Below, one piece after another: positions 53,845-64,000 of a DNA stretch of 64,000 nt (position 1 is its first letter; the number at the start of each line of letters is the position of its first letter). The DNA is taken from assembly GCF_026571515.1 (NCBI RefSeq), contig NW_026856735.1:124001-188000 (forward strand), written 5' to 3'. Made by a program: the position numbers and the translations under genes. The notes beneath the pieces are model-generated. The model was not told where the DNA came from, ran no database searches, and saw nothing but the letters and a program-made list of their open reading frames with translations. This DNA comes from Ruditapes philippinarum. Lineage: Eukaryota.

Positions 53845-55733
53845 CTGAGTTGCAATAACATTTGTTTAACAAATAATAACATACTACTGCAAAATTAGTA
53901 GTTATGTTATTACTTGATTGATTTTGGATGAATTTGTATTAAAGATATACTATGCTCAAATTTGATATTAGAAAATATTGATAATTAGTACATAGTAAAT
54001 ATAAAATAAACATGTATTGACTTCACACAAAGTAGATATGTTATGTTTAAAATTCTACATACTATAGGTGGTCACAATATGAATATACATGTATAGTGTC
54101 ATTACAAAAACTGGCATTTTTTTAAAGAAAAGAACAACTTTACTTGACCTGTTCAAGGGAATGCAGCTTCCTATACATAGTTTATTCAATCTTTTATCCA
54201 AATTCAACATATTTAGTAAGAATATCATAGATTTCAATGAATTTCTGTGATTAAAACATTTTACCTAAGAATGAGCAATTCAATTAAACCTTATGTATAT
54301 TACATAGATGTTAAAATATTGTATCTACAAATATATTACCTGATATGACAGAAATGAACCAAGCTGAACTTGACCAAGATCTGTTGTAACTAATGGCCTC
54401 TTTGATGAGAGAAGGTATTCAAGAGGTGTGCCTTTGGCCCCTTTTAACTGCTCTATATCTTTGCTGGTAACCTCTGGAAGCCTGTAATTTATGTGAAAGA
54501 TTTCATAAATTAAAACATTTTAACAAATTTTATACATGTAAAATGTACAAGTATCTGACATTATTGTTAAAATTTATATAAGTAAAACGCCTAAATGGTT
54601 ATAGTTATGTAAGATAAATAAAGAAGGAAATTTTAAAAACATATTTGTAGTTACTTTTTACTTTGTTTAAAATCTTACTTGTACTGAGTGTCAACTTGGC
54701 AAAAAACTGGTTTTCTCTTCCTTGTCTCACAAGCTTTGGCCACCACAACATGGTTAAGTGGGACAGGCTCTATTTTCTCTCCTCTTGGAACATGCCATTG
54801 TTGGGGCACACTTGTACAGCTCAACTGGTCAGGTACATTACTGATGTTGTGTAGTTTCAGTCCTTGAAGGGTTTTTACTAGACCAATAATGTGGGAACAG
54901 TGGCCTGTTAATCTGAAATATACAAGACTGCACATTATTATTGTATCAAATAGTGATTCAACAATGATGATGATAAATCATGAGGATGATGATGATCATC
55001 ATTTTTGTTATCATTAGATCTTTTTTGATTAAGTTGACAGAAAAAATTCACCATGACTCTTTTATCTGTCTATACAGTAAATCGTTTTTACAAAAGCACG
55101 AAAATGTTTCTACAAGACTACATCAGACTCTGTACAATTAGGCCTATTCAAGGATGGTTAAATATATATTTTTTTCTGCATTGAAGAGAATAAATAAAAA
55201 ATCCGACATAGTTATTTAATAAAAAGATCTACATAATGGTGTATAGTCTATACATTTTTTTTATATTTTTCATTTATTTATTTTATTCTATTTTATTAGA
55301 TTATTATTTTTTTTTTTTTTTGGAAAGTGGGAGGGGTGCAATTCATTTTTTATTCTAAAATAGAGAAATGCAGTATCCCCAAAGAAAGCCTACTTAATTA
55401 AGTTGTTGACAATTTTACGTACTCGATTACTTACCCAACCTTACAAGAGCAGTACGACTCTGTTATAGTATCTTTAAGAATCTCAATGTGTAGCGTGTGC
55501 GGCTTTTCGTTTTTCCTCATAGATCTCCAACACCGAGCAACAACCTTTACCTTGGGTTTATCGTCAATATGAACCCTAATTTGATGGACATAGCCTTGTA
55601 GATAGTAATTTAAACCTCTTTTTATAATCCTTTCCATAAGACTTCTATGATTAGGTAGAAAACTAATAGATATATTATCGGGTACATCTTCTAGCGAGTC
55701 GGTTGTTGTTGATGAAACAGGTACGGCCGCCAT
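51958..55733 (-). CDS. SWIM zinc finger plus YqaJ (lambda-exonuclease family, PD-(D/E)XK) protein of the ISL2EU element, 489 aa
   Basis: Exons 55733-55435, 54912-54679, 54481-54340 and 52752-51958; all GT-AG, phases 2/2/0 consistent, 1470 nt. SWIM motif CSCKVG|LTGHCSH spans intron 1. Also SCTSVPQQWHVP and GSFLSYQ, then YqaJ motifs WHQARQNRLTASNFG, YGKRNE, FLGATPDG, IEIKCP, YYAQVQGQL. Confidence 0.92.
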
Positions 55734-56344
55734 TTTGGATGCTGGCTTGTGAGGCATAGCAACAATCACTAGGGATTGCGCAATAGGCGGAAATAATCGG
55801 AACGGTCCATCTACCTGTCATTCAGTTTAACACTCCGATTAACTTACAAAACTAGATAACACAAAATTAATATGAGAAAATGTTTTTTATTTATGTTTAT
55901 GTTGATAAATGCTCTTTATATTTCTTTGAGAGAATAATGCTTAGTGCCTGATTTTTTTGTAAACTTGTTTGCTTGAAAAAAAAAACGATTCTGAATCTGA
56001 TGTCACTGATCTATATGATCTTTTTCTACCGTCAATCTGAAATCATTCTAAGAATATCTGAGGGTCGTGTTTTGTCTTGGGTAGAGGGTAGAGTAATGTA
56101 ACGTTGTTTTTTTTTTTCTTGAGATAATAAATCTCCAAAGGCCAAGCTTTCTTAAATCAATTAAAATTCAAAATTTCGTTCGGTTCCGAGAATTTTCCAA
56201 GTTGTTGGCCCCGGAAAAATGAAACGCATACGTAAAACATAGAATTGGATAAATACCGTCCAAGCACAAGAATTTAATGTAATCGTGTTTTGTATAAACT
56301 ATACATCACGAATCTGTTTGAAAATTTTATGCTATGATAGCGTC

Positions 56345-56475
56345 AACGCACGTTTATTTCGTGTTATAAAGTCTGCAGAGTCCCTCGGAACTGTTGGAGC
56401 CCTCGCCCTACCGGGCTCGGGCCCCAACCGTTCCTCTGGACTCTGCATACGTTATAACACGGAAAAACGTGCGTT
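56345..56475. repeat. Long hairpin, probable end of the element (about 50527-56490) into which ISL2EU inserted
   Basis: AACGCACGTTT..CGTGTTATAAAGTCTGCAGAGTCC pairs with GGACTCTGCATACGTTATAACACG..AAACGTGCGTT; loop GCCCTCGCCCTACCGGGCTCGGGC. Confidence 0.7.
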
Positions 56476-56497
56476 AACCCTATACTATAAACGTTAA

Positions 56498-56753
56498 AGG
56501 CACATTATGCCTCAAAAAACGAACATGTTTGTCCTCCTGTAGAATAGGCAAAAATGAGTAGTTAATGTTATTATATATATAAGTAGCAAACAGTAAACAA
56601 AGTAGTACTAATTCCCAAAAAGCAGCACAAGCAAAATATAGTTCGGATAATTGGCCAGTGAGTATTTTTTTTGTAAACTATAACAGGACAACAAATATAA
56701 AAAAAAACCTTTGAGAAATAAAAATAGGATCGTTTTTCGGGTATCATTGGCCT
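56498..56753 (+). mobile_element. Kolobok-like MITE (internally deleted)
   Basis: TTAA|AGGCACATTATGCCTC ... TTGGCCT|TTTA. Confidence 0.5.
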
Positions 56754-58428
56754 TTTAGGTAAATTATGTTAAGACTTTGCGGATGACATTATCTTAATCA
56801 AAGAAAAAAGCGAAAGCCCAGATGTGTGTACTTTGAGGACAGAGACTCAGTTTAGTCTTAAGTTATTTCCTCATAAAGCCTTTCACTTTAATTTATAGAA
56901 AAAACAATATGAGAAAGTAAATAATACGGAAGTTGTTGCAGGAAAGACTGCGCGTGACAGCTGCTGCCAAGTGGCAAGTATGCTAATGGTAATTTTAAAA
57001 TATGCAAGTAAGAAAGTTGGAACCACATATCTTGATAGTATGATATTGAAAGAAATCATACAAGAGGATCATGATGGTCCTTTTATTGCTAACCTGATTT
57101 TATGGCTCTTAATGGCAATGTACATTTTAAATATATATATATTGTTAGCTTTAAATAAAAAGCGGATATAATGTCATAATCTTAAACTGATATCATAACG
57201 TTCGTATCTGCACCTTAAAAAGTGAATAATAAAGTAAACAAGGTGTTTACATATTTGTGCTGTGTCACCTAGTGTTTGATCCCAGATGAACCATATTCAA
57301 ACTCGACATAGAAAGCATTTAAGCACATTGCTGACAAATGTCATAAAACACAAGGTAAAACAAAGTTTTCCATATTTATGTTCTGACATCAAATGGATCA
57401 TATTTAAAGTTGAGCAAGAAATCAATACAACACGTTTCAGATATTCGGGCTGAAAATATTGCCTCTAGAGTGTGATATAAGGTTTTCCAAACTTTGGGCC
57501 GTGTGACCTAGTTTTTAACCGCAGATGACTCATATTCTATCTTGACTCAGAAATCAAAGAAGCAACCTTTGACAAATTTCTATTATATTTGTAATAAAAA
57601 TATTACTTCAAGAGTGTTAACAAACCTTTTTCCATATTTGTGTTGTGTGACCCCAAATGACCCAAATTCGAACTTGATCTAGAAATTATCTAAACCAACC
57701 TTTGTGACAAATTTTCAGGACATTTGGGCTGACAATATTACCTCAAGAATGTTAATGTCACAGAGTCATTTTGTCTTTGCTAGAATACTCTGTATTTTAT
57801 ACCTATACTCTTTATATCATTCCCCTATCGTCTCTAGTTCAAGCTTCCATATCATTATTCAACTTCATACAAATATACTTCATTTTACCTTTAACACGTT
57901 TACGGGCCTCATTCACTTCATTTTTTTTTTGAATTCGGTCACGCTTACCTTTACGCATGCGCAAAAAAAATGAGGATCTTATAACGAGAGCTGTTGTTTT
58001 CTTCACTGAATCCTTATTTCTATTTTATTTTGTGCCAACAATATAATTACAGGTGTTTTTTATGTTATAAAACATTGTAAACATAAATTACTATGATATG
58101 TGTATGTATTTCGCTTGGAATTATTGAAAGCACAAGAAATGAGACTCTTATAGCGAGAGCTGTTGTTTTCTTCACTGATTCCTTATCTCTATTTTATTGT
58201 GTGTCAAGCATGTAATTACAGGTCTCTCTTCGAACGCCCTATCCTCCTGAGTGAGAACTCCTGTATATCCGTGACATTTGGTGGCCAGTGTGGGGGACCT
58301 TGAGTGTAAGCTCAGAGTCTAACTTACATTGCTCTGTAACTCTGTAAAATTCGAGGACGAATTTCATTAGCAGGGGAGTACGTGACGGTTCAGAATTGTT
58401 CACTATTTAGGGGAGAAGATGTGTAAGC

Positions 58429-60308
58429 GGCCGGATAGCTCAGTCGCCCAGCAAACATACCTATATCGGGCCGATATCGGCTAAATGTCGGAATATCGAA
58501 GTCGGATTTCCGCTATCGAACCGATATATATCCGATATAGACAAACTTATTAAAGACAGGATGATATCGGTCCGATATAGGTCCAATATACATTTATTTC
58601 CTGTTATTCAATTAAATGAGTTTTTTAGTATATTCTTCTCAAATTCATTTCAGCAAGAAATCGATGCTTTTGTAAAGAGTAATTAAGTCGTTTTCATAAA
58701 AAATACTTCGGTGCTATATCGGCTCCATGTCTGTTGCCGATTTAGTGTATAAGTGATTTGCACAACGTGGTATTTTTCTAGCCCACCTGCCATCAGAAGA
58801 AGTTTGCGCCAAAACTAAAAAAAGTGGATTTTTTCTCAAATACTACTGGTAAATTTATAAATTACTTATGCTTTTGAATAAATTCATTGTTGTAGTATTC
58901 GGCGTCATTGATATTTTGAACGTAGGTTTGGGAATTTCATAATTATCTCGCCGAAAATTATTTTGTAATACATTTTCGCGACTGTTTTTAAATTGTTGCC
59001 TGAAATTTAGCGGCTGAGAGAGAATAAACATCAAGTTATAATCTTCTTTTTATTTTTATTAAAAGTTATAATGATGATAGAGATGTCAAATGAAAGTTTT
59101 AATCAGAAATAATGTTATGAAAGTTTTAATCAGAAATAATGAAATGTTGATTACTTTAAAAGAAAAAGATAGTGCCTGCTTGCCTTTTGAAAGGATACTT
59201 TTCTTAACATAGTCCTTTAGTAATAAAAATGTGAATATACTATTATGTTGATATATTTTCTTAATGTTTGAAACATGAATGATTCATTGCAGGTAAATCA
59301 TCTGTCTGTGACATGACAAACATACCCGAATCAGAGTGCTGACAACTGAAATAGCTGGTTTTGGAGAAAGAATAGAAGCTAAAGATGACCAATTGATGCA
59401 ATACAGCAGACTAAAAACTAAACAATTGAAGAAGTTCATATATATCGGGACTCCTGGAGGAACCATGCACAATTGACACTTGACATTATTAACTCATGTA
59501 CAAATTACAAAATGCTGTTTAACTATTCAACATGATAATGTGAAAAAAGTCAGCTATTCTTTTAAAGTTTTACTCAAACTCGTAATAACTGGAGTATGAA
59601 TCAATGTGCAAAATCTAAAATACAGTTACTAAATATATCAGAGATAACAGCTTGACACTTTCTAGACAGATTTTAAGTCTACAGGATGTAAAAAAGCAAA
59701 GGAACAAGTAAGAAAAATGCCATTGAGCTTATTTTATCTAAACAAAAAGTAGTATGAATATAGCAAGGTTGTATTTGCCAGTCACATGACTTAAGTATTT
59801 TTGTTAAAACAATTTAATTTTGACTGATCTTTATAGGAAACATGTAAAGATTAATGTTTAAATTTTAATGTGTGTTAACTTAGCAAGGAAAAATCGTAAG
59901 TTAAACATACATGGTTTTTAAACATTGAAGTATTTATGTGTAAATTATAAAATATATTATGTATATGAATTTTTAATTTTGCTGATGTAATAAAAGGTAT
60001 TGCAAAATAAATATATGTTCTGTTATATGTTAAGGAAAGCAAACCAATATGCTGTTAGAAATAAAAAAGCTTATTATGAATGAAGGTATAATATCGGCTG
60101 TAAGTCGGTATTCGATATCGGCATCCGATATCGGCCCGACTTTGAGCCGGGTTGCACATCCGATGTCGAGCCGACTTCGGATGCCGATATCGGGCCGACA
60201 TTGAAGATGATATCGGGCCGACATCGGTCCTATATGTAATGTTTTCTGGGCCGGGTAGAGCCGCGGTACGGTATTCCGAGGGTCCCGGGTTCTAGTCCCG
60301 GTCAGGCT
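58429..60308 (+). pseudogene. tRNA-derived sequence inside LTR-B, split by a transposon (58429-58446 and 60254-60308)
   Basis: GGCCGGATAGCTCAGTCG // GGTAGAGC...GGTCCCGGGTTCTAGTCCCGGTCAGGC: D arm, T arm and acceptor pairing are recognisable. GGT falls at the anticodon position (Thr-like) but the anticodon stem is degenerate. Confidence 0.7.
58447..60250. mobile_element. Non-autonomous EnSpm/CACTA-like DNA transposon
   Basis: CCCAGCAAACAT ... ATGTTTTCTGGG termini, clustered subterminal CCGATATCGG palindromes at both ends, flanks TCG/CCG (3-bp TSD, 1 mismatch), no ORF. Confidence 0.75.
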
Positions 60309-62647
60309 TCCCCTTTTTTCCCACCCTGTGACATTAACATTATATTTTGAATGAAAATATTACCTCTAAGGTATTAACAAACTTTTTCTATATTTGGATC
60401 GTGTGACTTCAGATGACCCAAATTCGTGATTGAGCTAAAATTATCTAAAACAAACTTCTATTCTGATCAATTTCCGGGATAGTTTAGGCTGACACTTTTA
60501 CCTCCACAGTGTTAACAATGTGTTTCCATATTTTGGCTGTGAAAGTTTTATATTTTTCCTTTCTTTTTTTTTTTTTTTTTTTTTTTTGGCTCCTGTGACT
60601 TAGTTTTTCTGTTCGAACTTGTCCAAGCAATCACTGGAACAAACATCCAGACCAAGTTTGGTTACACTCGAGGCAATAATGTGACAGACTAAATGTTGGG
60701 CGGAGGACAGACGGCGGGCATTCAACGACCATAACAGCTCGTCTTGAGCCAGCTCTGTTGAGCTAATAATATCGCAGAAAGAGCGTCTAGGTGAACGATC
60801 TTCAATGATCAGAAATGCCGCTTATCAGATCGTTTAGTAATAATTTTCTAATGATTTACAAGCAAAAAATACATATATTTTAACGTTTAATTAAGTTTGT
60901 TTTAGTATATTTTCACTTAATCGCCTGGTAAACAAAGGGAGCAGGTGTTGTATGACGATTAGCCGTAAACATAACTTTTTATTTGATTATCAAAAAAAAA
61001 ATGTTCATTTCAATAGCATTTCCTAGTTTTTTACAGAATAATACACTCATATAGCATTCATTTTTGTTAGCAGAAAGCCAATTAGTAATTGTCTCCTATC
61101 CATAAACTTAAAGGGTAAGTATGTATTTTTTATACATGTACTTTTCCATTTTCATAAAAAAATATTTCGAAAACAGAATTATTTTCACATTCAAATACAA
61201 TTATTCGAGATTTTCTTTCCTTTTCTTTTTCTTTCTTTTCTTTCTTTAATTTTAATTAAGCTATGACGCACTTTTTTTTAGATTTTATTTCACATTTACT
61301 TGGATATTCGAACATTATTTGTAACATTAAATGTCGTAAAAACCATGGATATACATTTATTTATGTATTTTTTCCCCTATTACCATATCAGGCTAATATA
61401 ATTAAACGATTATTGTTTAGTTAGTTAGTTTTGTATTTTTGTTTCAATTGAAATAAAGTTTCCTTTTAAAAGGAAAGGCTTGCCCAGTTGTGTCATCATC
61501 ACATCCCTTTAAAACAATTTTTTTTTGAAAAACCTCGTAAAACTCTTTATGATGAAGAAATAATTATAAAAATAATAATAATAATTTGACCTAATATACC
61601 AGTAAAAAAACAAGGTACCTATGTTTTTTACAGGTATAGAGCGTCAATTTATTATCACTATTTTTTTTTAATTATTTGTATTTGTATATCATAATGGGTT
61701 TATTAAGTTTTTTTTTTTTTTTTTTTTTTTTTTTTCGAAAAAAAAGTTTCACTTTTAAAGGGGTAGGTAGGGTAACCCCAAGACTGGACGAGCACCTGTG
61801 CCCATTTGTGCCACAAGTGTTATGCATACAAATTTGTAAAAGAGAAGGACCAGAAGTCCACTGATTATAACTGAAACGGAACATGCTGACGATAACAGTA
61901 ACAACTTACTTTGTAAAAACGAATATTTTTTTGTCAAAAACGATTTGAAATCTGTTGTCTATTGTATAAAACTAATAAAGAAAATAATCAATCGTAAAAA
62001 TACTAACACTGGCTCTCCCACGTGGAGGAAATAAAAGTATCTATCTATCATACTGAAGGTCAGACACTCACATTGATATTTCCATAGACTTACATTATAA
62101 GAAATGGTCCCTAATCCTACCCAAAAATTGAGCTTTCATGCTAGAGGTGATTTTTCTAGCAGAATGAAATGCCTGACACATAAAAATGTTCCTGTTATAT
62201 AGGGGTAGCCATCCTTTTTTTGCAAAATGACTTCAAAGAGGATTACCCCCGTTTCATTGAAATTTTCTGCTGACCACAGGACTGACATACACTTTCTATA
62301 AATGCAGATATCCAAGTCAAAATTATCATAGAGACTCATGAAATATTTCATTTTCCGCAGTATGACGGAATCGCCCGAATTGTCACGATTGCAGCGGAAA
62401 CCAAGACTGGTTTCCCGTTCCATCATGCACTAACAAATGTAAGCAGGAAACCACCAAACCGGAACAACTTTTCCAAAACAAATGGCTTGCCGCCTGTTAT
62501 ACTTAAACTTTTGTAACGCTCTTGTAGACTGTTGAACTTTTTTTTCTATGCGTTTATTTAAGTCGCCGCCGGAAAGCCCATATGGCGACCGTACACTTCA
62601 AGTCGGGCCATCCTTAGAAGCGACCCCCCGAGATTTTTTCGTCGATT

Positions 62648-62775
62648 TTTTCCAGTTTTATTTTGGTGGAAGAAGACCCAGGTGCCCCTACGGGCATTAT
62701 TTCAGGCACGAAAACGGGTACCTGGGTAGAACCACCGACCTTCCGTAAGCCAATACTGGATGGCTTCCCTCACAT
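62648..62775 (-). mobile_element. SINE body fragment
   Basis: TTTCCAG...GGTGGAAGAAGACCCAGGTGCCC...GGGTACCTGGGTAGAACCACCGACCTTCCGTAAGCCA is homologous to 35545-35775. Confidence 0.6.
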
Positions 62776-64000
62776 AGTAAATGTGTCAACTTTGGTGCTC
62801 CCATTAGAATATTTTAGGCATTTTGATAGAACGTAGAATTATGTGCGTTATATTTGTTTCAAATGTTGTCTATTAACCCTTTCGCTGCCAGAGGGTTATT
62901 GTTTTATTGATCACTTATTTGCCAGAAGGTTTCTAAGAAATCACTATATTATTAATTGATATAATTATTATAATTTGTTATTAGTATTATAATAATTATA
63001 TATGTTTCCAAATCTACAAATACACTATAAAAAGCTGAACTATACAATAACAAAAGGATCAAATAATCAGACTGCGACAGAACGAAAATGCACGATGTAA
63101 ACATTATAATGATTGTTTATTTCTATATCAAAAGCCCATATTTTAATGTTTTTAACAATATATGAAACAAGATAAAAAAAATAGTTATCATGCATAATCA
63201 TGTAAGATAACTTACCCGGGTTACGTCTGTACGTCCTGCAGATTTACCTCCCTTATATTATAAATTTTAATGTCGCTATTTAACTATATTGTTTCTACGT
63301 TAAACGGCATAAAGTGTTTAAGAAAACGTGAACCTGGAAATAAGTTAAGCTCACCCCCGGAAATTTAAAATTAGTTGTGATTGAAAGCACTGTCATGAGT
63401 AACGAGATAATTGAGGTAATAAATAGTATAGTTTGATAAGTAGCGATACCAATTTAGTAATCATAAACTAGTAAATGTATGAGTTTAATTAATTCTTAAC
63501 CAAATTATTGAAGCATAAGCAAATGTGTTGTTTTTTGCCAAAAATGTAAGTATGGTGTTGGAGCGTTTACAAACCATTTACTGGTGGATATTCTAATACA
63601 GATCTCCCATTATATATACGAGTAGACCAATTCACGTTTATACATACCAACAATCAACTATTAAAAAATAACAAAAAAAGGAAAAAAAAAATTCCTGACT
63701 TTGGGAAAACAACTTTTTCTTTAGCTTTCCCTTGTATTCAGCCGGTGCAAGGGGATTTAGTTTGTTTTCAAAATTATTTCCTTTATGTACCCGACTCAAT
63801 TTAAAACCGACCCTGCAATTTTCATTAATTTTGTTGGATTAAAAGCTTTCGGGGGATCAAATTTGGGTTCCCAAATTTTTATACTTTTACACCAGCAGAT
63901 GTCAAGTGCTGGGGATTGGGAGCTTTTAAAAAATTCCCCCAATTTTACTTTTAGTTTGTTAATTTTTCTTGGTCCTTCGGGCATCGTTGATGCCAGCACT

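Larger units (their letters stand above)
50872..55808. mobile_element. ISL2EU-type (PIF/Harbinger-related) DNA transposon, 4937 bp, both termini intact
   Basis: AT|GGACCGTTCCG (50872-50882) ... CGGAACGGTCC|AT (55798-55808): perfect 11-bp TIR and AT TSD. Encodes a THAP-HTH-DDE transposase and a SWIM-YqaJ exonuclease, the two-gene content known for ISL2EU. Confidence 0.93.
57756..60333 (+). mobile_element. Non-coding LTR element (TRIM-like) with two dissimilar LTRs
   Basis: TTAA|TGTCACAG ... CTGTGACA|TTAA. LTR-A 57756-58276; PBS TGGTGGCCAGTGTGGGGG from 58279; about 100-bp internal region; Gypsy-type TTCGAGGACGAA..AGCAGGGGAGTA PPT; LTR-B 58381-60333 (about 146 bp once the nested transposon is removed) containing a tRNA-like sequence. 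Confidence 0.75.
57235..60768 (-). mobile_element. Second HINE/pearl-like element, interrupted by a nested LTR element
   Basis: Same internal repeats as 7586-8605 at 57235-57755 and 60334-60690, and same end GGACAGACGG..CATTCAACGA...AGCTCG..TGAGCCAGCTC...GAGCTAA. Confidence 0.7.

Noticed and set aside
58429-60308. Functional or intron-containing tRNA gene
   Set aside because: The anticodon stem is mispaired and the interruption is a TIR transposon in the D-loop.
57748-60341. 16-bp perfect inverted repeat read as a DNA-transposon TIR
   Set aside because: The outer half is explained by the palindromic target TGTTAACA with a TTAA TSD; the PBS and PPT inside favour LTR termini TG...CA.
62873-62900. 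TTAA-CCCTTT piggyBac-like terminus
   Set aside because: No matching opposite terminus is visible within the window.

Overview
AT-rich, intron-containing animal DNA with four N-gaps; the repeat families and gene content point to a bivalve mollusc (inference). Host genes: three paralogous two-exon SLC5 (SMCT/NIS/SMVT-like) sodium:solute symporters (two on -, one on +), a two-exon divergent Cys-loop (nAChR-like) channel subunit lying between the two head-to-head SLC5 copies, and an intronless secreted PAN/sushi-like protein. Mobile DNA is abundant: a decayed CR1/L2-group LINE, tRNA-derived SINEs, Helentron/HINE-like elements, MITEs of Tc1/mariner, IS3EU, Sola2, Kolobok and EnSpm type, hairpin-ended elements, and three minisatellites. 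Two structures stand out. (1) A 4.9-kb ISL2EU-type transposon (50872-55808; 11-bp TIR, AT TSD) has a THAP-HTH-DDE transposase gene (+) and a SWIM-YqaJ exonuclease gene (-) that are mutually interleaved: each catalytic last exon sits in an intron of the other gene, and the two 3' splice sites are back-to-back in one 31-bp spacer. (2) A TSD-flanked LTR element (57756-60333) has two unrelated LTRs, a 521-bp conventional LTR and a short tRNA-containing LTR, as expected from an intermolecular strand transfer between a helper retrotransposon and a TRIM. All gene models and family assignments were read by eye; none were checked against databases.
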